Shown here one piece after another: positions 52,641 to 60,867 of a stretch of 64,000 nt of DNA (positions are counted from its first letter, which is position 1; every line of letters starts with the position of its first letter). A program made the translations under genes and the position numbers. The DNA is from Phycisphaeraceae bacterium (GTDB lineage Bacteria; Planctomycetota; Phycisphaerae; Phycisphaerales; Phycisphaeraceae), in the NCBI GenBank assembly GCA_046290505.1, contig JBKAGS010000002.1, positions 41,790 through 105,789 of the forward strand, given 5' to 3'. Below the pieces are notes generated by a model. That model was not told the origin of the DNA and did no database searches. It saw only the letters and a list, made by a program, of their open reading frames with translations.

Positions 52641-54331
52641 CAGAATGGGATGTCGTCCTCGTCGATGGCGGCGGGGCTGTAGGCGAGGTCTGATTCGTCG
52701 GCATCGCTGCCAGCCCAGGCCGGCTTCTGGGTGAGTTCGTAGTCAACGATCTGGTCGTACTTCTCACCGGGCTTGCTGCGGACCGTCACGCCGGTGGTGT
52801 CGGCCAGAGCGCCCGCGTGCGCGAGTTCGACCGCTTCCGCCGCCGTGTCTGGGACCGGGGCGTTTGACCGGGCACGCCACCATGCTTCGGCCTTCTGCCG
52901 GGCGTAACCGTTGCTTGGGTGCTCGAAACAGATCCACTCGGATCGGAAGTCGTAGTAGCCGACCTCGTACTCGACGCGCATCGTTTTTGGCGCGTCCTCC
53001 GGCGCGTCGCGTTTCGTATGAACGCTGTAGAGCACCTTCCTCACGGTGCGGTGCGTGTCGGTGTGCTGATCGGAGAGGATGCCGCCGGCGTGGGCCTTTG
53101 CGCTGTGCTTCTCCCGCTCGGGCGGCGGGAAGGCAAAGCCGCACTCGGGGCAGGTGCCGTAGGCCGAGTGGATCAGGGCGTGGCACTCGGGGCACTCCTT
53201 GACGGGCGCTTCGCCGGTGCCGGCCTGCGAGTCGGTGACGGAGATCTGATCGACCGGGCCGTGCCGCAGGACGTTGCCGCCGAAGTCGAGCACGAGGCAG
53301 TCGGCCTTGTCCGGGTGTAGACGGAATCCCCGCCCGACCATCTGGTAGTAAAGGCCGGGCGACATCGTCGGGCGCAGCATCGCCACGCAGTCCACGCCGG
53401 GCGCATCGAAACCGGTGGTGAGCACGTTCACGTTGGCCAGGTACTTCAACTCCCCGGCCTTGAAGCGAGTGAGGATCGCGTCGCGCTCGGCGCTGGGCGT
53501 CTCGCCATCGACGAACCCGCAGTCCACGTCGTGGCTGCGCTTCAGTTCTTCTACGACGTGCCGACCGTGACGAATGCCGCTGGTGAAGATCAGCACGGAT
53601 CGTCGGCTAGCAGTCTGTTCGATGATCTCGCCGCACGCGGACCGGACCAACTCATCCTTGTCCATGAGGTCTTCGACCTCGCCCGCGATGAACTCGCCTG
53701 CGCGGATGTGGAGACCCGAGGTGTCAGCCTTCACCGCGCCGGCCCGGGTGCGGAGCGGCGAGAGGAAGCCCTGCACGATCAGTTCACGGACGCCGATCTC
53801 ATAGCAGACCTCATTGAGGTAGCCGTCGGGAGTGCAGATCGACCCCGACTTCATCCGGAACGGTGTGGCGGTCAACCCGATGACTCGGACGTTGGGGTTG
53901 ATCACGCAGAGGTCGGCAAGCATTTGTTGGTACATGCCGTCGCCGTCGGGCGGAATCATGTGTGCCTCATCGATGAGGACGAGGTCAAAACCCCCGAGCT
54001 CACACGCGCGTCGATAGACCGACTGGATGCCTGCGATGATCACCGGGTGCTCGGTGTCGCGTCGCTTCAGGCCTGCGGAGTAGATGCCGAAGTCCACCTC
54101 GGGGCAGACCGCCCGGAGTTTGTCGGCCGCTTGTTCGAGTAACTCCTTCACGTGCGCGAGGATGAGCACGCGGCCGCTCCATCGCGTCACCGCGTCCTTG
54201 CAGATCGTGGCGATGACCGGCGTCTTGCCCCCGCCGGTGGGGATGACCACGCAGGGGTTGTCGTCGCGGTCGGCGAGGTGCTGGTAGACCGCGTCCACCG
54301 CCGCCTGCTGGTATTCACGCAGTGTGATCAT
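52640..54331 (-). CDS. SF2 DEAD/DEAH-box helicase
   Basis: ATG at 54331. 563 aa. Motifs VVIPTGGGKT, LIDEAHM and the C-terminal Zn-ribbon-like CPECHALIHSAYGTCPEC. Confidence 0.85.
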   Translation of the reverse strand: MITLREYQQAAVDAVYQHLADRDDNPCVVIPTGGGKTPVIATICKDAVTRWSGRVLILAHVKELLEQAADKLRAVCPEVDFGIYSAGLKRRDTEHPVIIAGIQSVYRRACELGGFDLVLIDEAHMIPPDGDGMYQQMLADLCVINPNVRVIGLTATPFRMKSGSICTPDGYLNEVCYEIGVRELIVQGFLSPLRTRAGAVKADTSGLHIRAGEFIAGEVEDLMDKDELVRSACGEIIEQTASRRSVLIFTSGIRHGRHVVEELKRSHDVDCGFVDGETPSAERDAILTRFKAGELKYLANVNVLTTGFDAPGVDCVAMLRPTMSPGLYYQMVGRGFRLHPDKADCLVLDFGGNVLRHGPVDQISVTDSQAGTGEAPVKECPECHALIHSAYGTCPECGFAFPPPEREKHSAKAHAGGILSDQHTDTHRTVRKVLYSVHTKRDAPEDAPKTMRVEYEVGYYDFRSEWICFEHPSNGYARQKAEAWWRARSNAPVPDTAAEAVELAHAGALADTTGVTVRSKPGEKYDQIVDYELTQKPAWAGSDADESDLAYSPAAIDEDDIPF

Positions 54332-54713
54332 GGTCGGCTCCTTGATCCTTGATGAATGGTTTGATCGTGACCCGGACCATGCCTCCCGCGACGACCTCGG
54401 CCTTTTCGATGAGAAGCCAGACGATCTGGCTGTCGTCGCGGTAGACCCCGGCATGCTCAAGCGAGTCGCCCACGGCTTTGAGTAAGTTGTCCAGGTCCCG
54501 CCGCCGACGGTCGGGCGGGAACGCTTCGATTCGAACACGAAGCAGCCCGTCAATCGGGAACGCTTCGATTCCCGTCGCCCCCACGGCCGAGCGCACCGAC
54601 TCGCGGTACGCTCGGCCGCGCTTGCTGATCACCATCCGCCCCCGCCACATCCGCCAGTAGTGGTTGACCGACGGGGGGAACGGCAGGTCGAACTCGAAGG
54701 CCGTTGCTACCAA
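54315..54713 (-). CDS. rusA: RusA-family Holliday junction resolvase
   Basis: TTG at 54713 overlapping the upstream stop. FEFDLPFPPSVNHYW and RRRDLDNLLKAVGDSL motifs. About 132 aa. Confidence 0.75.
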   Translation of the reverse strand: MVATAFEFDLPFPPSVNHYWRMWRGRMVISKRGRAYRESVRSAVGATGIEAFPIDGLLRVRIEAFPPDRRRRDLDNLLKAVGDSLEHAGVYRDDSQIVWLLIEKAEVVAGGMVRVTIKPFIKDQGADHDHTA

Positions 54714-54943
54714 CGAACCTCCCGTTTGCCCCAGGTGGACTTGGCCACCTTGTCGCAGAGCCAGAAGACCAAGTAGATGAGCAGGCAGTAGGGCCCGCAG
54801 CACAATGAGAACGCCATGGCACCGCAGCGGTTCGCGTTGTCCCACTTCAGGTACTGCGACTTTTTGTGTTCTCGTCGCATGAGCAGGTAGCTCGGGATCG
54901 CCGACAACAGCCAGATGCTGAGCATGATGGTCAGAAAGTTCAT
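54707..54943 (-). CDS. Small two-TM membrane protein
   Basis: 78 aa, ATG start. Hydrophobic segments LTIMLSIWLLSAIPSYLL and PYCLLIYLVFWL. AT-richer patch. Confidence 0.45.
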   Translation of the reverse strand: MNFLTIMLSIWLLSAIPSYLLMRREHKKSQYLKWDNANRCGAMAFSLCCGPYCLLIYLVFWLCDKVAKSTWGKREVRW

Positions 54944-54964
54944 GGTGTTAGCTCCGTTGGGGGT

Positions 54965-55441
54965 TCATCGTTTCCAGGGCGGTGTCGTTCCGCCCGCGGC
55001 GGTCGTCTGCTGGGGCGTTGCGGCCTTGGCCGCGTCCGAGGACGCGCCCTTCTTCGCGTAGCCCTTGATCTCGTTGGTGATCTCCCCGGTGTCTTCGCGC
55101 TTCTTGCACTTGACCGTGATCTGCAGCGGCAGGTTGTGCAGTTCGACCGAGTCCTTGGGGGCCATGACGCCGACGGCCCGGCAGATCGCCGACAACTCGG
55201 CGCGCGCGATCTGCACCGCCACGGCGTTGGCGTTCTGCAGGTTCAGACGCGCCCAGAGCATCCGCCCCTTGTGCGGGCCGTCCAGCACCTGGAACGTCAG
55301 CTGCAGGTAGCTGCCGCGCCCGTTCTTGGTGGGCTTGGTTTCGCTCTCGACGATGGCGGCGACGTACTTGCCCGCGGGCAGCGGGTCGAAGTTGCTCGTC
55401 GGCTCCACGTTGTTTGCATCGAATCCGTTGAGATCAGCCAT
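54965..55441 (-). CDS. DUF669-like phage protein (ssDNA-binding-like partner of Sak4-type ATPases)
   Basis: 158 aa. FDPLPAGKYVAAIVESETKPTKNGRGSYLQLTFQVLDGPHKGR pattern. Overlaps the upstream ATPase gene by 8 nt. Confidence 0.6.
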   Translation of the reverse strand: MADLNGFDANNVEPTSNFDPLPAGKYVAAIVESETKPTKNGRGSYLQLTFQVLDGPHKGRMLWARLNLQNANAVAVQIARAELSAICRAVGVMAPKDSVELHNLPLQITVKCKKREDTGEITNEIKGYAKKGASSDAAKAATPQQTTAAGGTTPPWKR

Positions 55442-56243
55442 GGGTCTGGGCTCCTTGGGGTTGGGGGTCGGTGGCTTGGTCGGTGGGTTGATCCGCAGCC
55501 GAGCGATCGGTGCGGAGGTATTGGGCGTAGGCGTTGAAATCCAGCGGCAGTTCTTCGGGCAGGTTCAGCCGGTTCTTGGCGACATGGGCGGGCCGCTCAG
55601 TGGTGCGCATGACACGCTCGCCGCTACCGATCCCCTGCGTGCGGGTGCGGTTGAACCCCTCGTCGGTCTGCTTGGTGTAGACCTGGTAGGTGGCGAAGAA
55701 GACCTCATCGCACCACTCCTGAACAATCGCGGAAGCGAGCTTGTGCAGGCGCGGGACGTAGCGGTCGTAGGTGTCGGTCTCGGGGTTCTCGAAGCGCTCG
55801 ATCTTGCAGTGGGCGAGCAGCACGACAGACATGCCTCGCTCGTTACGCAGGGCATCGAGCCCGGCGAGGACCTCGCGCCACTGTGTCAGCGCGAAGACGT
55901 ACCCCTTGCTGTAGCCGATGTCCTCGATCGTCTCGACATTGCGCTTCTGGCTGACCTCGTTCCAGAACAGCTGCTCGAGCCAGTCGAGGCTGTCGATCAC
56001 GACGGTGCGATAGTCGTGCGGCTCGGAGTAGAGTTCGCCGAGCGCCGCGAGGACCTGGTCGTAGCTTGTGAGCAGCGGGAAGCTCGCGCAGTCGATCTCG
56101 CCGAGGCCCTCCTCGGTGGGGAGGAAGATCGGCTTCTCGGCCATCGCGCCGAAGGTGCTCTTGCCGATGCCGTGGACGCCGTACAGCATCACTCGCCGAG
56201 GCGCGGGTCGTTTGCCGGTGTGGACTTGAGAGAGAAGGCTCAT
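55434..56243 (-). CDS. AAA_24/Sak4-like RecA-family ATPase
   Basis: ATG at 56243. Walker A MLYGVHGIGKSTFG, Walker B VVIDSLD. Confidence 0.7.
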   Translation of the reverse strand: MSLLSQVHTGKRPAPRRVMLYGVHGIGKSTFGAMAEKPIFLPTEEGLGEIDCASFPLLTSYDQVLAALGELYSEPHDYRTVVIDSLDWLEQLFWNEVSQKRNVETIEDIGYSKGYVFALTQWREVLAGLDALRNERGMSVVLLAHCKIERFENPETDTYDRYVPRLHKLASAIVQEWCDEVFFATYQVYTKQTDEGFNRTRTQGIGSGERVMRTTERPAHVAKNRLNLPEELPLDFNAYAQYLRTDRSAADQPTDQATDPQPQGAQTHG

Positions 56244-56405
56244 ATCTGAAAGCTCCTTGTGGTTTGAAAAAGGCGGGCGGCCAGTGCGGGCCTCGCCGCT
56301 CAGGAACGGCGGCATCGTGCCGCGGAGCCGGGCGACACTTCTCGCCGGGTTCCTGGGGCGTAAGGCGGTTGCAGTGACCGCCCGCCGGGGCGGTGCAGTG
56401 CGGGG

Positions 56406-57221
56406 CTACAGGTGGTCGAAGACACGCACCTCCTCGTAGCCGGTGGGCCAGTGATCGGTCTGCACGCACTGGCGCAGCCGCTTCATGGCGTTCTCGTTGT
56501 CTTGTTGCGCGATCGCGAGGATGTCCTGGCCGACGATCCAGACCCCGGTGCGGAACGGCTCCTTCTTCTCCACCGCGATCAGGTGGATCGGGAGCAGTTC
56601 ATCAGTCACCTGCCAGATCACCGATCGGTAGAACGCGAGCTGGTGAACGTAGCCGTACCGACGCGCGTCGGCTTCGAACCAATCGAGGTCGTCGCAGGTC
56701 TTGAGATCGACGATTGCACCGTGCCCGCCAACGATCGTCATCCAGTCCGGACGGACCTGGCATTCAACGTCGAGGTGGCGGGTACGGACAACACCTTCGG
56801 CAACGCCGTCTTCCAGAAGCGAAGCCGCGCGGTCGTGACCACATACGGATGCGTACATCTGCTCGACGACGACCGCCTGTTCGTCGGTCAGCACGTCTTT
56901 GCCCTGCGCGGCCGACCATTCGGAGAACGCTTTGGTGTTCGCGCCGTAGGGCTTGCCGGTCTTCTCGTTGATCGGCCCGCCGACGGCGTACTCCGCATCG
57001 AAACGGGTACGGCCCTCAAGGATCAGGGCGTGTGCCGCACGACCGACCAGGTAAGCGGGGCGGTCCACGTCTTCGATCAGGCCCAGTTGCTTGCGTCGGT
57101 AGAGCAGCGGGCAGCGCCGGAAGTCAGCCAGCTTGTGGCTGCTGAGGTACTGCCGCGACTTGGCGTGATAAACATTCGCCGGCTCACTGATCAGAAATGT
57201 GAACGGGTTGGCAACGGTCAT
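56406..57221 (-). CDS. PD-(D/E)XK (Cas4/RecB-like) nuclease
   Basis: ATG at 57221. AIVDLKT (D..ExK-type core) and YVHQLAFY (QxxxY) motifs. Confidence 0.65.
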   Translation of the reverse strand: MTVANPFTFLISEPANVYHAKSRQYLSSHKLADFRRCPLLYRRKQLGLIEDVDRPAYLVGRAAHALILEGRTRFDAEYAVGGPINEKTGKPYGANTKAFSEWSAAQGKDVLTDEQAVVVEQMYASVCGHDRAASLLEDGVAEGVVRTRHLDVECQVRPDWMTIVGGHGAIVDLKTCDDLDWFEADARRYGYVHQLAFYRSVIWQVTDELLPIHLIAVEKKEPFRTGVWIVGQDILAIAQQDNENAMKRLRQCVQTDHWPTGYEEVRVFDHL

Positions 57222-57302
57222 CGTGGCTCCGAAAGAAAAGTTCCCGGCGACGAGCACTGCTGCCCGCCGCCGAGAACTACATCAGTCAACGATCACTCAG
57301 AC

Positions 57303-57878
57303 TTACCCCTTCTTGAGCAGGTCTTGAATGCCCGCTTCCTCGAAGTGCTCCCGAATCTGCTTGCGGGCCCGATGGATCGTGGTCTCGCTGACGCCAAGCT
57401 CACGAGCGGCTTCCGCCTGCGTGTGCGACATCAAAAGCACCGCGATCTTGTGCAGTCGCTCGGGCAGCTGCTGCACCGCCTTCTGCACGACCTCTGCGAC
57501 TTCGGACTGATCGGCCGAGTCGTCGGGGCGATAGCCGGTCATGCGTTGGCGCTGGTCCTGGTCGATCTCGTCACCCATCGCCGCCTCGAGGGAAGTGCCG
57601 CCCCGACGCTTGGGATGGCGTGCTTCGCGCAGGAGATGGATGCACCTGCGGTTGACCACACGCGAGATGTACGTCGGCAGGCTCGCCTTGCTCGGGTCGA
57701 ACTTGGGCAGCGCCTTGAGCAGGTCGAGTGCGAGTTCCTGCTCGATGTCGGGCACATCGCTGGGGGTGAAGCCCGGCTTTCGGCTTAGACGGCGGGCGTG
57801 ATACTCGATCCGTTTTTGTGCGTAGGGATCGATCGGACTCTGCGAGTCCACGGCGGGGGCGGTTGCGTTCTGCAACAT
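57303..57878 (-). CDS. Sigma-70 family (ECF-like, two-domain) RNA polymerase sigma factor
   Basis: 191 aa. Region-2-like EQELALDLLKALPKFDPSKASLPTYISRVVNRRCIHLLRE. Region-4 HTH QAEAARELGVSETTIHRARKQIREHF. GGAG 8 nt upstream of the ATG. Confidence 0.8.
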   Translation of the reverse strand: MLQNATAPAVDSQSPIDPYAQKRIEYHARRLSRKPGFTPSDVPDIEQELALDLLKALPKFDPSKASLPTYISRVVNRRCIHLLREARHPKRRGGTSLEAAMGDEIDQDQRQRMTGYRPDDSADQSEVAEVVQKAVQQLPERLHKIAVLLMSHTQAEAARELGVSETTIHRARKQIREHFEEAGIQDLLKKG

Positions 57879-58011
57879 ATCGCGGCTCCAAATTGGAGGG
57901 GAGATATGCGGCCCACAGCGGGCCGCGACGCCCTCCGCCGCAGTTGCAGAAGTCCGGTTTTAAAAAACTGCAAGAAGACGCAAGCCCATGCAGATCAGTG
58001 GCTTGCGCGCA

Positions 58012-58058
58012 TAAAAAAAGCTCTTGCAGTTGCGCGAAATCGCGCGAAGTGCAAGAGC
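58012..58058 (-). terminator. Strong rho-independent terminator ending the recombinase-proximal operon
   Basis: The minus strand reads GCTCTTGCActtcGCGCGatttCGCGCaacTGCAAGAGC followed by TTTTTTT. It lies 24 nt after the stop at 58082. Confidence 0.8.
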
Positions 58059-58081
58059 GATCTGGTTGTCAGTGTTTGGGG

Positions 58082-59074
58082 CTACTTGCGGCCGAAGCGC
58101 ATCACGGCTTCGAGATCGTTTGCTGTATCCCAAAGCAGGCTGAGCATCTGGTCATCATTTTTGCAGCGGGTGAAATCGGATTCACTAACTCCCGCACGCT
58201 TGGCCATTTCTTTCTGAGTGGGACGAGGCAGTAGTTGGGCAGGCTCATCACGATCAACTAACGAGAACGCATGATCACGAGCGCTCCGCAGATGCTCTTC
58301 GATAGCCTTCCGTAGTGATTCTGCCTTCGCAGTTCGCTCGGCCCGTTTCTTCTTCGTCTGGCGCTTTGGCTTGGTAACCGTAAGGCCTCGGGTTGACGCG
58401 AGTGCAGCGAGGTGTTGCGTGCGATACGACTCCACGATTTCATCCCAGGCGGAGAGCATGGTCATCGCCTTGCCATCCCAGCCGATGGCATCCGAGAGTA
58501 GGCATACAAACCCATGCTTCGCCCGAATCATCGTGGCGGTTGTATTGTCGATCGCACCTTCATGTGTAGTCAGAGCAATGAAGCCCGGTTCAGGACGCAT
58601 GCATAGGTCCTGTAGCTCGCGCGTGAACAACTTCACCGATGCGGGCAGGATCATGTAGGCCGGGACCGACATGTTCTGGTCGATCGGAACATCACCGATC
58701 GAGTATGAGCCGTGCAACCCGTTGATCGGGGTTGGGTTGGCTCGCATGCCGAGCGCAGCTGCGATCGACCGGCGTACTGCCAGCAGGTCAAGACGATAGC
58801 AACGGACGTCGGCCTCCTCGATCCCGGTTGCGGCTACAGTGCCCGTCGATTCGCAGACAAGCTGATAACCGGACCTCGCCGGGACCACATCTAATAGTCG
58901 ATCGTGGTCGTTGGCTCGACAACTCGCCGCAATACCCATTCCTTGAAAATGGGTCGACTTCAACGCACCCCATGTGGCATCGCCGAGTACCGACTGCCAT
59001 TCCATACTGCTTGCGTCAAGGCCTTGCCTGAGGTTTAAGAACTTCCACAGCGGTTCCAAGGAAGATGTTTCCAT
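58082..59074 (-). CDS. Unknown protein (330 aa) with a C-terminal basic linker and an HTH-like tail; second gene of a coupled pair
   Basis: The ATG at 59074 overlaps the upstream TAA (TAATG). C-terminus has KPKRQTKKKRAERTAKAE and PTQKEMAKRAGVSESDFTR. No family recognised. Confidence 0.6.
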   Translation of the reverse strand: METSSLEPLWKFLNLRQGLDASSMEWQSVLGDATWGALKSTHFQGMGIAASCRANDHDRLLDVVPARSGYQLVCESTGTVAATGIEEADVRCYRLDLLAVRRSIAAALGMRANPTPINGLHGSYSIGDVPIDQNMSVPAYMILPASVKLFTRELQDLCMRPEPGFIALTTHEGAIDNTTATMIRAKHGFVCLLSDAIGWDGKAMTMLSAWDEIVESYRTQHLAALASTRGLTVTKPKRQTKKKRAERTAKAESLRKAIEEHLRSARDHAFSLVDRDEPAQLLPRPTQKEMAKRAGVSESDFTRCKNDDQMLSLLWDTANDLEAVMRFGRK

Positions 59075-60252
59075 TAGGCTGCACCCCCGCGACGATTAAC
59101 AAGGAATCCGCGTTCGGCCAGGAAACGGTGAGCCAGCTCGGCGTCGTTCTCGTGGTCATAGACGGAGATGTTCGGCCATTGGAGCTTAATGTTGCGCTCG
59201 CCGCCCAGCTCTGTGCTGGGAATGATCTTCAGCGCCATATAGACAAGCTCGACGCCTTCGGGGATGTCGTCCTGCGTGTGCTCCAATCCAGTGAAAACAT
59301 CCACCGCCTTGTGAGTCTGGCAGTACTTGTTGTTGCCGGGGAACCGATAGCGCAACTCGACAAGCCGTGCAGAGTCGATCCCGTCAACATCGGTGCAGTC
59401 CAGCGCCGCGCGGCCACGTTCACGAAGCGGCTCAAGGGAATACTTTGGCGTATCGCCGGACTCGAAGAAGGTGTCGCTGCCAAAGAGATTCTTGCCGAAG
59501 TAGCGGCAGTAAGCGGCACGCTCTCTCTTGCCGTTGCTCGAGTTGTAGATTTCCAGCGTGCCCTGCTTGTGGTGATAGATCAGCAGGTCGTATGCCTCGG
59601 GCCGATAGAAGACCATCGTCGGCTTGCCGTCCTCGAGCGCGTTTTCACGCTTGAAGGTCTCGCCGTGCCGGACGATGAACCAAACCGCGTCGTCTTTTTC
59701 GACAAGGGTGATGCGCGTACCCGAGCCCTTCATCTGCGACTCGTACCAGTAATCCATATCCCGCTCTAGGCGATTGATCTTCTCTTGCGATGGCATGGCC
59801 CACTTCGGAATGGCAGCAACGGTGGCGTCGTATGACAAGAACCGTTTTTTCTTACGCAGCAGACCGTGGGCGTGGCAGGCCGCATGGAGGTCTTCGAGAT
59901 CGTTGGGGGCATCGAGCCGAACGATCAGTGCCATTTCCTCTTTCGTCGCTTCTTGGTCGAACTTGATCTCATGCTTTTCGGCAATCGAAATGAGGTCTTC
60001 CGCATCCGCCATATCAGCGACTTCATCCCAATAGAAAAGGTCTGCCATCAGGGGGGCGGGCATCGCTTCGCTGGGTGCCATCAACAGCACCGACAAGCGG
60101 TCGTAGTCCAGATCACTGGGCGCGGCGGGGATCACGCCTTTGGGCTCAAAGAATTCTTTGTGTTTGTTCAGGAGCCGGATGAGGACGGATGGCGAGATGA
60201 TTCCGAGAAGCTGAGCAGAAGCGATGTGTTTCGGCGTGAAGTTGCTGGCCAT
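59074..60252 (-). CDS. Unknown protein (392 aa); first gene of a coupled pair
   Basis: ATG at 60252 with GGAGG 6 nt upstream. The longer track ORF (to 60426) lacks any signal. No Walker or nuclease motif recognised. Confidence 0.6.
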   Translation of the reverse strand: MASNFTPKHIASAQLLGIISPSVLIRLLNKHKEFFEPKGVIPAAPSDLDYDRLSVLLMAPSEAMPAPLMADLFYWDEVADMADAEDLISIAEKHEIKFDQEATKEEMALIVRLDAPNDLEDLHAACHAHGLLRKKKRFLSYDATVAAIPKWAMPSQEKINRLERDMDYWYESQMKGSGTRITLVEKDDAVWFIVRHGETFKRENALEDGKPTMVFYRPEAYDLLIYHHKQGTLEIYNSSNGKRERAAYCRYFGKNLFGSDTFFESGDTPKYSLEPLRERGRAALDCTDVDGIDSARLVELRYRFPGNNKYCQTHKAVDVFTGLEHTQDDIPEGVELVYMALKIIPSTELGGERNIKLQWPNISVYDHENDAELAHRFLAERGFLVNRRGGAA

Positions 60253-60438
60253 GAAGCCTCCGTGCTGCGCCCCCGGTGGAGGCTGGAACGTCAATAGGAC
60301 AACCCTGTCCTGCTCGCTTCTATGCAAGTGGCGCGCCAACAAAGACTTAGCGCGCAAGCGCGTTAGGGCGCAAGACTTGTGAGTATTGCGAATCCCTGCG
60401 GCAGATGTGTTGGGATGCCCAAACAAGCGCCGAACGGA

Positions 60439-60867
60439 TTAGGGGCTGCCGATCTGGCGGTTAGATGGCAGGCGAGCCCACCATGCCCGCTGCTCATCCC
60501 AGTCCACGATCTTCATGATCGGCTTGAGCTGCCGCTCTTGGACGCGGTCTTTGCCCGACATGGTTGGCGGCAGATTCAGGATCGCTTCCTGAATATCCGG
60601 AGCCAGATGCAGCAGGTTCATGATCTGTGTGACTCGGGCCCGGCTGACGTGGCTGAGCCGGGCGATCTCGGCCTGGTTCTCGACAACGCCGTCGTCGATG
60701 AGTTGCTGGAACCGGACCGCGAGTGCCATCAGGCGGGAGATGCGCGGAACCCTCCCCTGGCCGGTTGGCGACGGCTTGCTCTGGACCGGGAGTTTGCTGC
60801 GTCGCGCACGGTGCTCTCGGCCGAACCCGACCTTCTTGGTGACTACGAACGTGTTTGAATTCGTCAT
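60439..60867 (-). CDS. HTH protein commonly linked to large serine recombinases
   Basis: 142 aa. ISRLMALAVRFQQLIDDGVVENQAEIARLSHVSRARVTQIMNLLHLAPDIQEAIL. ATGA overlap with the recombinase stop. Confidence 0.6.
   Translation of the reverse strand: MTNSNTFVVTKKVGFGREHRARRSKLPVQSKPSPTGQGRVPRISRLMALAVRFQQLIDDGVVENQAEIARLSHVSRARVTQIMNLLHLAPDIQEAILNLPPTMSGKDRVQERQLKPIMKIVDWDEQRAWWARLPSNRQIGSP

Noticed and set aside
40628-57788. Long plus-strand ORFs inside the prophage (40628..41515, 45217..46473, 50667..51521, 51543..52517, 55326..56249, 56412..57788 and others).
   Set aside because: They are antisense shadows of well-supported minus-strand genes (portal, terminase, primase, ATPase, nuclease/sigma) and contain no motifs.
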